Part shown: piece after piece, positions 50,923 to 64,000 of the stretch
Numbering within the stretch: the stretch's first letter is position 1
Layout: each line of letters opens with the position of its first letter
Assembly: GCA_964016885.1 (NCBI GenBank)
Contig: OZ024741.1
Location: forward strand, 170,190,001-170,254,000
From: Eledone cirrhosa
Lineage: Eukaryota
Reading direction: 5' to 3'
Length of the DNA: 64,000 nucleotides
Notes under the pieces: generated by a model
Told to the model about the DNA's origin: nothing
Databases searched by the model: none
Seen by the model: the letters and a program-made list of their open reading frames with translations, nothing else
Position numbers and translations under genes: made by a program

Positions 50923-52139
50923 ATCCCTACTCGGTGGTATTCCCCGCAGGCGTTTCGCAACCCTGCAGGTCGGCGTCGGTTCCGTCTCGCCGGCGGGTTG
51001 CGAACTTTCACGCGATCGAAGCGAGAAGGCGTGAACGAATAAAGGAACGTTTGCCGGGTTCGAGGCGGAAGACGGAAGGCGTCCTGTCGCGTGGCGGAAC
51101 TTCGCCTCGCGTAACTTCGCCTCGCGTCGCGTATACACGCCGTCTTGCCGCCTGTCTTTCCCGGCAGCTACTCGTAAAAGTACGTGTCGGCAGCGGAACC
51201 GCCTAGCCGGCGGATTGGATTTCTTTCCGCGATCGAAGCGTGAAGGTGTGGACGAATAAAGGAACGTTTGCCGGTTTCGAGGCGGAAGACGGAAGGCGTC
51301 GTGTCGCGACGGAAACGTCGCCTCGCTTCGTGTATACACGCCGTCTTGCCGTCTGTCTTTCCCGGCAGCTACTCGTAAAAGTACGGGTCGGAGGCGGAAC
51401 CGCCTAGACGGCGGATTGGATTTCTTTCCGCGATCGAAGCGGGAAGGCGTGGACGAATGAAGGAACGTTTGCCGGGTCGTAGGCGGAAGACGGAGGGCGT
51501 CGTGTCGCGTCGGGGAACTTCGCCTCGCTTCGCGTATACACGCCGTCTTGCTGTCTGTCTTTCCCGGCAGCTACTCGTAAAAGTACGGGTCGGCGGCGGA
51601 ACCGCCTAGCCGGCGGAATGGATTTCTTTCCGCGATCGAAGCGGGAAGGCGTGAACGAATAAAGGAACGTTTGCCGGGTCGGAGGCGGAAGACGGAGGGC
51701 GTCGTGTCGCGTCGGGGAACTTCGCCTCGCTTCGCGTATACACGCCGTCTTGCCGTCTGTCTTTCCCGGCAGCTACTCGTAAATGTACGGGTCGGCGGCT
51801 GAACCGCCTAGCCGGCGGAATGGATTTCTTTCCGCGATCGAAGCGGGAAGGTGTGAACGAATAAAGGAACGTTTGCCGGGTTCGAGGCGGAAGACGGAAG
51901 GCGTCGTGTCGCGTCGGGGAACTTCACCTCGCTTCGCGTATACACGCCGTCTGCAAAGGCCCTGGACGGTCGTATTCCCCGTAAGCTTACGGGTCGGCGT
52001 GGGAAAGGCCATACAGTTACGCGTTCGCCACCGCCAACTGACGTTTTAGTGACAGCTTGATTTCGGACCTTTTCTGAGGAAGTGTGGCTACCCAGCTCGC
52101 TACCGCATCCTAATTCTTATCGATCTTGAGGTCTGGTAA

Positions 52140-54530
52140 ACTTCAAAGAGCAATTTCACTAGTCCGTTTTTCGAGCGTCCGGCGGCGTCGTTGAATTGAA
52201 TGGTGCCGAGTTGCAAACCAACTTTTCCGGGTTCATTTTTGCTCCCGTCAACCTTTTATATTCTTATAAGAACGTGCCAACCAACACGATTTCCTATATG
52301 TTCGACACCATTACGTTGATATCGTCCGTATATCCACGGGTGGGACGCCACGCAACAGTTCCATCTTGAGAGTCAATACATACAGAGAACAAAGGAGAGA
52401 TGGTACCATTGGCGGACAGCTTACATGATTTGAAACGGTCCCGTAAGGTGGTCATTTACTTCCACCACCTAGCAGATTCCGATGTGCATTACTGCAATCT
52501 AGCCTCTGAAGACGAAACCGAAGCCATCTGCCTTAGGTACAGCCTCCAAATATCGCTGGTCGGCCCTATCGAAAGTTTTTGCTTGATCTAAATTGGCCAT
52601 AGACCCACCGAAGTTATGTTTATTTCCCTCTCTTTTATATATCGCATGAAGTGGAGGTTGTCGTGTATGGTATGGACCTGATCAGTATTGCGCATGTTTC
52701 CACATCCCCTATCAGACCCTCGACAATATGAACCAACCTATTCGTTAGCACATTGGCGAAAATCATAAACTCTAAGTTTAGGAGAGTTATGGGCTTGGAA
52801 TTGTATATAGAGTTCCATTCTCACATTTCCATATCAGCGTTACCGGCTCACAGGACTCGGAATACACCCGTGTTGCGGCTTGCTGCAGTAGACCGCTTCG
52901 GAGACATTAGAGAACAATCTGGCATATCTTGGTAAAATGTGTAGGGCTGACCATCTAAACCAGGTGACTTGCGCCTATCCTTAATTTCGCCTTATATTAT
53001 CGGCCCTTCGCAGCACTCAGCATCAGCTGGTGAGTGTCATGGGATGACATCGAGGTAGGAACTGAATTTCGCTACTGTCTCCGAAACCCCTGCACACCCC
53101 GAACAGCTGAGCAAAGTGCGGGCGAAAGGCCGCACACTTCTGTCAGGAATCGTTTAGCACGCTTTCGTCTCGGTCTGTCAAAAACCGAATCGTGTTTCTC
53201 TTCCACTCGGGCTCATCGAACAACTTTCGTTACCCTGTTTCTTAGAGCACGCTCCTTAGCCCTGACAATTCAACCTTCATGTGTCACATTGAAGAAATGG
53301 TCTCATGCCATTCTCGCCGTTAGCACATCAGTTGCAATGCCACATCTAATCGTCTCATCAAATTTAGCTAGCAGCTCCCCCTCCTTTCTATTGTTTCTAT
53401 TACTACTTTTTTTTATTAACACCTAATCAAACTACTTTAGTCTCTCTGTTGAGAGCACATAACTACCAGTTGTTGACAACTCCCCTGTCAACTTATATTT
53501 CACTAAAGTAGTGACCATATCTTTGTAAAGTGTACGCACCGGGAACTACGTGTTATTCTTCCAATAGCCAGGTCCTTGACTACATGTTCTATCTAGGTCT
53601 ACCATGAAGATCACTATTTTCTGACATAACGAAAAACTATATATGATCTAGATGACCCTAATTGGTTGGTCCAAGTCAACACCGGCGCGTTCCAGAAATC
53701 TAGTAGAGTACCTGTCAGAGAGTTGGAACTCACTGATCAGGTACTTGAGGATTTTGCACCTTAAGAAATCCGGTCGCCCGGTTCCGATCGGGGCGTAGAC
53801 GGTCATCAGTCTAATGGCACCCACTTCACTATTGCTCACGTTAAGGACCACCAACTTCTCCTCCGGGTCTTGTAAGATTCTTCCTACCTCGAAATTAAGG
53901 CTTTTCCAAAACAGCACTACTACTATGCCTCCTATTCCAGGCTGACTAAGAGATGCGAAGATCTCATAGTCCTTTAAATGGAGGCTATTGCGCACGTTTC
54001 CAACATTCTGACCTACCTAGGTAATGGAAGTCACATCTTTATCTACTGGTCGTCCAGCTAGCGATCTTTCTTCCATGACGACCACAGTACATGATCATTT
54101 AAGTATTCTACTTGCCATGTTGGCTGGTTGATCAAGAGAAAAAAGATTTACTTACACTCCGGCGTTTGTGGCCGTCGGTTGGTTCCACCTATGGGAAACC
54201 CTTTAAAAGCTTGAACCTGGCCTTTACATTAGGTGTTCCCAAAATCACGTGGAAAGCCCTCCATACTCTCTTATATGTACCCATCGTCATACCGTACCAT
54301 CATAAGGTCTTTCGGTACTCTAAATGTGTGTGTACCAAAAATATCCCACTTTTTTAGATTTTTTGCTTCGTGCTATGAGGACCATTCGTTTTTCGTTCGC
54401 CCTTCTTACGGACACGAAGTTTTCTGTTAGTGTTCTTTGTTGTTGTTGTGCTTGATTTCGGTTGGGTGGTTGTGGTAGTGGTTTTAGTGTTGTTGTGGAT
54501 GTGTCTTTTGTTTATTTTGTTTGTGGTGTG
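52140..54530 (-). mobile_element. Older degenerate Tx1-like LINE related to 33622-39055 (ORF1 tail, APE, RT), broken inside the RT region
   Basis: ORF 53648..53995 (EIFASLSQPG..VVVLFWKSL..GAIRLMTVYAP..RPDFL) aligns by eye to 36773..37135. Also FGGSMANLDQ..FDRADQRYLE at about 52540-52610, YTDDINVMVS at about 52305-52332 and GAKMNPEK at about 52225-52248. Confidence 0.85.
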
Positions 54531-54584
54531 ATATTCACATACGTCTTGACAGACTAAACAACAAAGATGACAATAATAATGATA

Positions 54585-55123
54585 ATAATTGTTTCTACTT
54601 TAGGCACAAGGCCAGCATACCCAGTTCATTACTGGTACTTTATTTTATCGACGCCGTAAGGATGAAAGGCAAAGTCAACCTCGGCGGGATTTGTATAATA
54701 ATGATATTTGTTTCTACTTTAGGCACAAGGCCAGCAATTACCCAGTGTATTACTGGTACTTTATTTTATCGACCCCGTAAGGATGAAAGGCAAAGTAAAC
54801 CTCGGCGGGATTTGAACTCAGACTGTAAATGGACGTAAATATGCTGGAAAGCATGGTGTCCGACTCTCTACCGATACTGCCAATCCACCGCCCTATATAA
54901 TAATGATAATAATGATAATAATGATCTAGTATAGGCACAAAGCCAGTAATTTGGTGGAGGCGAAAGTCGATTAAATCGACCTCAGTAAATTACTGGTTCT
55001 TTATTTTATCGACCCTGTAAGGATGAAAGGCAAAGTTAACTTCGGCGGGATTTTAACTCAGACCGTAAAGGGGCGTAACTCTATGCTGAAAAGCATGGCG
55101 TCCGACTTTCTATCGAAACTGTC
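54585..55123 (-). mobile_element. Three tandem SINE copies
   Basis: 54585-54691 (partial), 54706-54893 (full length) and 54930-55123 (variant). Confidence 0.88.
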
Positions 55124-55789
55124 TAATAATGATGATGATGATGATGAAAATGATGATGATTTCTTTATTAACCACACAGGGCTAACATTAAGAAAACATT
55201 AAAGTATGATTAATTGCCCTCAGTAGATGCTCACGTCTGCAGCCAGCAGAGATTTCCGCAGGAAAATAATTTTCATCGAAGCCGGCACAGCGGAAACATC
55301 CTTCAATCTCCACACAATCCTCCTGGCACTCCCCTTTTACATAACACTTCTTTCCAATCAAATTAACAGGAACATTATCACCACCACTACCACCACCATC
55401 ACCATGAACAATAGTAATAACAACAAAAAATACAGATAAATATCAACAATGGACATTCTAATGAAATATAATTTGCACATCATTTAATAAAGTAGGGAGA
55501 GAGAATGGAGGATAAAGTGAGGGGTTGAGAAAGGGGAGAGAAAGAGAAAGAGAAGGAGAAAGAAAAAGAGAAAGAGAATGACGAAAGATTGAATAGAGGT
55601 AAAGAAAGCGGTGAGAGGAATATAGAGAGACTGTAGATGGACAGTGTACAATAAAGAGCGAATAAGATAAATATCAATAATAGATTTATGTGTTTATGTG
55701 TAAATTATTAACCATATATTTACATATGGGTCTGGCTCGAGTTTATGTATTATAGAATCTTAGATCAATACAAATACTGCATTGAAGCA

Positions 55790-56182
55790 TCCGACGGAAT
55801 CACCCTCTTCTCATTCGAAGGGGGTAGATCCCTCATCTGGGACGCCACCTGCTGCGACACGTTCTCCGCCTCCAACTTAGTCGCTTCGGCCACAAACCCC
55901 GGCATCACAGCCTGCCCCACCCCTCGCAATTGAACGTAAAGTAAACAAATACCGGGGTTTGTACGACCGCTTCATCTTCCCACTGGTCACCGTCGAGATC
56001 TCATGCGTACTTGGACCTCGTACTGCCGAGCTCCTCCGCCAGATCGGCGCGTCGGCGGCCCGTCTGAGGAGGGAGCTCTGCGAGGTTGGGTGGCTGTTGC
56101 AGCGGGTGTCACTGGCCATCGTCTGGGGGAATGCTTTTGCCGTCTTGTCAGCGGGGTGCAGCACTTCTTCCCTCTCGCCCTA
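55790..56182 (+). pseudogene. Restriction-like endonuclease C-terminal fragment of a CRE-clade non-LTR retrotransposon
   Basis: DGITLFSFEGGRSLIWDATCCDTFSAS, then KYRGLYDRFIFPLVTVE..LRQIG..LLQRVSLAIVWGNA. This matches the RPDG..WDATC..K..KY..QRxSxAxQRGNA pattern. Confidence 0.75.
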
Positions 56183-58799
56183 GGCCCAAAGCCCAAACAC
56201 CCTCCACCTTCACCCTCCCCTCTCTTCTGCAACACCAGTGCTCTTACCATCTCCTCCCCCTCCCGATCCTTTTCTTCTTTCTTTCTCTTCTCATTTTTTC
56301 TCTCTCTCTATATTTAATTCTATATTTCCCTATTCTTTCTTTCCTTTTGTTTCCCTTTCTTTTTTTTATTTCTATATTGAAAATAAACAGGATTTGAGGA
56401 CAAAGCCCCCACCCCCCAAACAAAATGACAGATGAAACCTATATCAGAGTAATCTCATTCCGATACAGCCATTAAGCGACCATATCCAAATAGAACATAC
56501 CAGGGAAATTAAAGAAATTCAACAATTTCCATTTCTCAAACGCATGGAACCGTACAGTTTCGATACTACTAAAAAATTTCTTCTTCTTCTTCTTCTTCTT
56601 CTTTCAGTAGTAAGCCCATTTCTCCAGTTTGAAGATAACGTCCATCCTCCCTACCTGAGAGTATCGGAAGCCCGGGTAAGTGCTATGAACGCTGTCTTTC
56701 CTCATTAAACAATAACAAATTTGAACCACAAAAGCCACCTAACATGTCTACAGTCACTCGGCCTGCCAAAACTGGCAGTAAAATTTCATCGTGACCGAAT
56801 ACAAAAAACTATAATTATTTCTAGTCAACGTGATTAAAGAATCTAGCATTAAATATGTTAACATTGTCTCAACTATATTTTTGTTGTTGCCCATCGATCC
56901 GACATTCTACTCTCTCCTGAATACACTAGTAGAAAATGAAAAAAAAAAAAAAGAATTGTAATGGGCTGATGAAAATATCAGATATTAAATGAAGGTTTTA
57001 CATTGTATGAATAAGAAGATTTTTTTAATTTGTTTTTCTTTCATAAATGTAATATCTTCCAGTCCATTTCATTTGCTGACAGCTATTCTGGTCCAATAAT
57101 ATAAGTTACAACTGACATCGAATTGCAATTTTTCTAACAATCAAATTCTAGAGTTATTAATTCTGAAGCTTAATTTTGATTGGAAATATCATTTATAGAT
57201 CCATTAGTAAAATTGTTAGCATGAAAGAAGCAGTCCTGAAAACTCAGTCATTTGTGAAAGACCTCCATGCAAATGCTCTGCGGTCAGACGCCCGTTATAA
57301 ACTCTACTCAACCAATTAAGCAGGTATTATGTGTCTATTGAACTGTAAGTTTGGACTGATGTAGGAAGAGTAAATATTCTTATGTCGGAATAACATAATT
57401 TCGCCAGCAATTATTTACCCTATCGGCTCCAATAATCAGCTGATCTGAACATATAGCTATTTTGCTGCTACTACTTCAATTGCAAATGTAGAACACTGGT
57501 GTCTTATATTTACAGCCAAGCGAACAAATGATTCTACTCTCTGAATCAGAAAATCTGACGATGCTTTTTGTTTCTTTATTTGATCCCTTTTTCATTACAG
57601 ACAGGCACCTTTCTGTCTCTCATACATAAATAGCATCTATTTTCTGTGCTGGTAATATCACTGAGGTAAAATAAATCTCTATCTTCTTATCATTGGCACA
57701 ATTCCAGTCATTTTTGGCGATGTTGGGTGGGAGTAGACTTGATTGAATCATCCGCAGTACTTGATAAAGTAAATCGAATATTATAATCATTATTTACATT
57801 TTCTTTTAATTTATGATATATTTTATGTCTTAGGTAGCGAATTGACAGAGTAGTTAAAGGGACGCATATATATCGTGTGGTATTTTTTCCCGCTCTTTGT
57901 ACATTTGATTTAAAATCACATCGATGTCAACGTTGCCTTTTATAAATGTGGGATTGATGAAGAAAGAATCAGTCCAGGGTGGTCGTCGATTAGCGGAATT
58001 GTTTGAGCATCGGACGAGATGTTTGGTGTATCTTTTCTACGTGTTTACGATCTGGGTTCAAATTTCGGCAACCACCACTGGCTATTTCCCGATTAGGAAC
58101 GGGGCTTTTGGCTCTTAGTTAAGAGTGAAAGGCCGTCGATTTTAGAAGGATATGGCGTTCAAAGCAACATTTCAGTCCCATTAATGCCAAAACAACAGGA
58201 GTGTTAAACACTAGGACAGAAATATATGCCAAAAGAGAAAGAAATCGCAGCACCAGGGTAGGGGTTGCAGGTGGGAGTGTACAGTTGCGTAACGAAATAG
58301 TTCTATCTACCAAAACTGGCGGAAAGTCGACGAGGAAATTTTGTGTGGAGGAAGTTGATCAGATAAAACCTCATTTTGATCAAATAGGTAGAAATTGATA
58401 AGAATTTCTAATATAGATACAAGGCAACAGAATATGTTGGATAGGGGATATTATAGCCAATTATATCGGCCTGCATTACTTGTGAAGGTTTTTATTTCCT
58501 CAACATGAGAAAGATGAAAAATGAATAGGATCCCATAAAAACTTAAACTGGAATTATGATATTTAAGAATAATATTTACAATTATGCTTTTATTTAGTTA
58601 AAGGAAGATGAATGATATTTAAAACGATGGACAGGTTACAAATCATGCGATGATTTACGTTGAAAAATGTACACTGTATACACAATTTTATTGTCCTCTT
58701 GAATAGGACGGTCACTTAGGGGCTATGAAGGTATCTGACGCTAACTACCAATGTTTTCTCCTCCCCAGTTGTCATTCTCCAGCCTGCAAGTTTTTGCTC

Positions 58800-61210
58800 A
58801 GAGTAGGCTTATTCATCTACGATACGTATGCAGAGTGGTTCACATTGTACCAAGGTAAGCAAATGAGTTATCATAATTCAAATTTGTGCCATATACAGTG
58901 GAGGGGACAGGGGGTGTCCGTACCCCGGCTGTTTTTGCTAAACATGTCACACTTACCTGGAGATTCACTTTTGTTGAGGTACAACCAGTCTTCTTCATGC
59001 TGATTGTTAAACCAAAGATCCTATAGGCAAGCAAGAAGCTGTTCATCAATTCTTGTGCCCCTTCGAGGGATATTGCAGCAAGTGCATCATCATCAGCAAA
59101 TAGTAAATAGCCAATAACATTTGTTCGTGCAATCGTTTTAGCCTTAAAGCACTGATGGTTGAATGGCCCATCTGATTTACGGAATTTAAATCCGACATCA
59201 GTGTCTAAGTCGTAACATGTATAATGGATCATTACTTAGAATAACAAAGGCAAGAGAAAAGGAAGTATGACACAACTCTGCTTCGTACAGTTTGATATAC
59301 CAATTTGACATAATTCATGCTTTCATGCTCTCGTGAAAAGACACGATAATATTCAATACATTGTCAGGTATGCCAAACTTTTTTGAGGATTTTCCATATA
59401 GCCTTGCGACAGACAGTGCCAAAGGTTTTGATCAGATCAACAAAAACCATAAACAGCTCCTGGTTCTTTTCATGAACCTTCTCTGCAGCCTGGCGAAGGG
59501 AAAAAATTATGTCAATAGTAGCCCTATCAGTGCGGAATCTACATTAATTTTTTGGGGTTAGATATCATCAATAATTCTGGATGCAATTCTGTTGAGAATG
59601 ACATGAGAAAATACCTTACCAACAATGCAGAAAAAGGTAGATGATGAGAGAGTTGTCACAGATATATTTTCACCTTTTGCTTGAACAGAAGTATCTCTGA
59701 AATATTTTCCAGAAATAGCCGAAGAAGCTTACGAATTTGACTATCACATCTGAAAATTGAAGGTGCGATTCCATCTTTACTAGGAACTTTAATGGATGAT
59801 GGCTGCTTGATAAAGGCTTGTACTTTATTTTCAAGCTTGGATTGAATGCTAATCCGAGTGTCCCTGATCTTTGTGGGATAGAAGGTACATCTTTCTCCAC
59901 GTTTGACTCACCCTTTAGGACATTTTCAAAGTTTTCCCTCCACCAAAAGAGTATTTCAGCTTTGTCTGTGTTTCAGGTTGTACACTCAGATGATAAAACT
60001 GGATTTGACCTGCTCTCCCTTCAGACCATTATAAAAGGCCATTGAGTCCTTTTTATCAGCAGCATCTTGCAGTTAAGCTATTTTAGCTGCCAACTAGGCA
60101 TCCTTCATCTTCTTACCAGCTGCTTACATTCGTTATAGGTTTTCCTTGCAGTGGTTGAGTTTTATCTCAAATCCAAAGCCTATGTAGGCTGTGCATCCCG
60201 CTGATAAGTTTCTAGAGATCTGAATTGCTTTCATCAAATCAGTACTTGTGTTTTCTCATAGGAAATGTTAAGATTTCTACGGAGGCTGCATAGTTGGCAT
60301 CTTCTAGGAAGCCACGATGTCATCAGAAATCTGGACAGAATCGAAGAGTGAGCCACGTTTTGCATATAGAATAGTAAGCCACTTGTTTTGCATTCCAGTC
60401 TCCTATCAGTGGATCTTAAAGTGTCTACATCCACCTTGGGTGAGATAGGAAAATTTGAAGATGCCTTTTGTTGGGTAAATTTAATGAAACCTTACTCTGC
60501 AGCAGTGCATAATCCGAGATATAGCAAGAAGGGTGAAAAGAGTGAGTGGTTTTAAAACAATTTAGGTGACACCTGCTTTTAACGTCTTTGTCAATCATGT
60601 ACCAATCATTTGATTTAAGATGCATCGGTAATTTCCTATGGTTTACAGGTTGTTGAAAAAAGCTATTAGTGATGCTAATTCCTTGCAGAGTGAAAGCAGC
60701 CAAAGATAAACTGAGTCTATAGCTCCATTAAACCCAAGGACGTCATGCCATGTTTGATCGGCATTTCCAATTCTAGCATTGAAATTTCTGATTATGGTGA
60801 GCTTGTTCTCGTAGGGGAAAGTGGGGACAATGGTCATAAATTGTTTCTATACCCTGCTCATATAAATACAGAGATGGGGCGCATAACATAGGTATTGTTT
60901 GCTAGTTTCTGGGAAAGAGTCATGATATGATCAATAGCTCGTTTGAGGAATGGTATGGATTTATCAATGTCAAATCTGATGACAAACCCAACACCAGGTA
61001 GACCGTGGTCTCCATCAATTTTTCCGTACTAGAAAACTATGTATTCTACTCATACCTCTACATTTGGAATGTCCCAGGAAGTCGAGTTTCACTTACAGCG
61101 CAGATATTAGTATTATATCTATTGAGCAAATTGCAGATGAGGGCTAATCTTCGTCAGTCATATGAATCGCTCTCCCAGAGTGTTCTTGCATTCCAGGAAA
61201 TAAAAGTTAA
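58800..61210 (-). mobile_element. Decayed RTE-clade LINE (APE and RT)
   Basis: FISWNARTL, AVSETRLPG and FNARIG (APE); FRKSDGPFNHQCFKAKT..LLFADDDAL..FGLTISMKKT (RTE-type RT). Many stops. Confidence 0.85.
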
Positions 61211-61939
61211 ATAATCAATTTTCTTAGTTAAAAAAAATTGAACCAAGTTTAAACAAGCACTTAATACATGTTATTTAAAGGTATTCTGTAGAATGTATAT
61301 TTTTTTAATTAGAATCCTTAGTTCATCAGCGAATTCATCGTTTCCCTATTATATATCAGAACATCTTTGAAGGAGACTTGTAATTTCAATTATCATACAA
61401 AAAAAGCAAAAGCAGCAAAAATAATAGACGAAGTAAATAAATCATTTAAATAACTAATTAATTACATAATTATTTGATTGTATACGTGTCCTTAAAAATA
61501 ATTATTCAAGTTTGACTTTAATTATGGAAGTGTCTTCATTTTATACTTTACGGCACCGTTAAGAAGAAAATTATATTGGGTGTTATTTCCTACTACGGTT
61601 GTCAGAAGCAGTAGTACAATGATTAATTGAATCCATATTAATATAGTGTTGGGATGATACCTGTTATAGTTGTTCTTGTGTGAAATCCACGCAGATCCCA
61701 TAAAATTCCAACAGAGCCCAATACACCGGAACAACTATAACAGGTACCATTCCTCAAACTTCAATTATTTTCATAAAGAATCAACACACAAAACAGACAA
61801 ACAATAGACAACAGCTGCGCTCAAAATAACAATTGGGTGAGGGTGGGGTGTCACAAAGACAGAAATATCACGTCACTCAATGGCATCCGCTCATAAGAAA
61901 CAGAACGTAATCAACTTTCAAAGAGGTCATTAGCAAACA

Positions 61940-63975
61940 CAGATATTAAATAAGGGAATGAAATTTACACTCTCCACGGAAACACAAAATTTCCCCGAAA
62001 TGAAGAACGTCATCACAGAATTCTGCACAAAAGGCAGGCAAGCTGAATTCATTTCCGAGAAACATGACAGTGAAAACAAATCACTAGTTACAAACAAAAA
62101 GGATTTCTGCCCAAAGAAAGGAAGGAATAAATCATTAGCCTACTACTGCGAACATATTATGAATTTTCCCGTTGAAAAGATTGGAAATAGAAACACCAAA
62201 TCAAATGTTTCAAAACCTGAATAGGAGAACTAATTGATTTACAAGAAAACACTGAAATCATCACTATTAAAGAAGCTGATAAAAGTAGCACTGTAGTCAT
62301 GAGAAATACAGACTACGATAAAGATCTAGCACTTAAATTGATAGAAGACAACAATTACTATGAACAAACAAGCAACTATAAAGAAAAACAATAACAGAAA
62401 ACAATAACAGAAAATCGTTATATACCACAAAAGTTACATACCACAAAAGTCTTACCACGAAAAAACTGACTACATATGCCACTTAAAATGAAAAAGTATA
62501 GCTTATTTTATGGCCTACAGAAAATATACAAATGAAAGCTGATAAATAATGTTTGGATAAAGCTCGACAACCCAGTTAACACCTGAAAACGATTTAAAGC
62601 TCAGGCAAATAATAGCAGGTTCTGCATATGAAACCAACTGTTTGAGTAACCTGGATATCCTTCTAAAGCCCTTCATAAAACATTTACAGTGCTGTAAGAA
62701 GGGCGAGAAATGCTGAATCATCTCCACAAAATAGAAAGTGAACACACAATTGTTGTTTCTTTCGACGTTGTCAACTTATAAACAAATATAATCCATAACT
62801 ATAGAATAACTGCAATTGAATATTAGTTAGATACACAACAATCCGAATTACTGATACGCACCAAAAGAGACTTCATCATAGATGGACTCATATTCATAAT
62901 ACAAAACAATTATTTTATGTCCAAAGGATTTTCTTACCGGCAAATATCAGGGACCCCAATAGGCAAGAAGGTAGCACCCATATGCGCCAATTTAGTTCAA
63001 TATAGTCCAAAACCAATCACGAATACTATTTGGAAATACATTTCCCACACGACTACAAAACAGACTTTTACTTTATTTTGTGATAGAAAAAACATTGATA
63101 GAATTCAGTCAGTCGAGTTTAATATCAAGGAACGAGTCTATTTAGATATCTCAATCTCAAAATCGGACGGAAGAATAGGAACAGACATTTTCTATAAACC
63201 CACCGACATTAAAATAGAACCTTCTATTCACATCAAGTCATCCAAAATACAGGAAATTAAACATTCCAAACAGAATATGCACAATATTATCGAAGCCGAT
63301 CAAATGTAAGTAAAGATCGGAAGAAGTGAAAAACATACTTATCCAAAGAGCTTTCCGACTTGGCATAATCACTAGGCAAAATACATAGATATATGTATAA
63401 GGAAAATGAAAACAAAACCAGGAAACATGTTTTATATATGTGTAAGTTTTCAACTCCAGAAATGTTGAAATGTCTGACAACCTCCGCAAACACCTCGCTA
63501 TTCTATATGACGATGAAAAAATGGAATATATTCTTTAAACACGCCAAATCATAAAAAATAAAAGACAGCCTAAAACACTAAAATATATCCTCATTGGAGA
63601 AGTTCCCATAAACAAACCTCCAACACCAATGTTACAAAATGTGGAAGAACAAACTGTGGTAACTGCTTATAGGACCAGAATTCAATTTTAAGGTTGGACA
63701 AATCTTCAGAGTAAAATAAAATTTCACTTGCAACTTGGAAAACCTAATCTATGTGGTTACATGCTGTGATTGTCTGTAAAAGTTCTTAGGACAGGTGGGA
63801 GTGACATTACTCAAAAGCATACCCCACCAGCAAATCTATCAGTGACGAAAATACGAGGCAAATCCTCATAAGTAGTCACAAGATGTTCCCACTCTACAAG
63901 TACCCAGACTCTTTCCCTCAACAACAGAGAATAAATACAGAAAAACAATTCATTAACAAATATAAATCATAGTTA
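61940..63975 (+). mobile_element. Decayed Penelope-like element (RT and GIY-YIG)
   Basis: IKEADKSSTVV, FYGLQKI, LRQIIAG, VSFDVVNL, YRQISGTPIGKKVAPICANL, YLDISI..TDIFYKPTD and NLIYVVTCCDC. Confidence 0.85.
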
Positions 63976-64000
63976 AATGTAATTTCCTTATAAGACAATG

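Larger units (their letters stand above)
49240..52030 (-). repeat. rDNA intergenic spacer: 0.8-0.9-kb promoter-containing units plus ~202-bp subrepeats
   Basis: The anchor TATACACGCCGTC recurs at 50211, 50413, 51132, 51333, 51535, 51737 and 51939. Confidence 0.9.

Noticed and set aside
40388-52049. Arg/Pro-rich ORFs on both strands across the rDNA and IGS
   Set aside because: They are shadow ORFs of GC-rich rRNA and spacer sequence.

Overview
Eukaryotic, repeat-dominated window with no host protein-coding gene that I can support. The (TA)n/(CA)n landscape, the tRNA-derived SINE family and the divergent, expansion-rich rDNA point to a cephalopod, probably an octopus; this is inference. 1-33.6 kb is a nest of Penelope-like retroelement (PLE) remnants sitting in TA microsatellites. 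At least a dozen type I hammerhead ribozyme motifs from several families can be folded by eye. Many remnants are fold-back palindromes, and one is a 5.2-kb inverted-repeat structure around an RT/GIY-YIG ORF. SINEs, a hAT MITE and a non-autonomous Helitron are interspersed. 33.6-54.5 kb is a minus-strand composite. Read 5' to 3' it contains a degenerate Tx1-like LINE, an rDNA spacer with three TATATAGGG promoter-like motifs, the 5' ETS, an internally deleted 18S, ITS1, 5.8S, ITS2 and a 28S that stops at the canonical R2 site. Next come the 5' end of an R2 retrotransposon (HDV-like ribozyme fold, three zinc fingers, Myb) and, fused in frame, ORF1 of a near full-length Tx1/L1-type APE-RT LINE. 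The R2 RT/RLE and the 3' part of 28S are absent. 54.5-64 kb holds SINEs, a CRE-type endonuclease fragment, a decayed RTE LINE and a decayed PLE. Coordinates were read by eye, so repeat boundaries are approximate.
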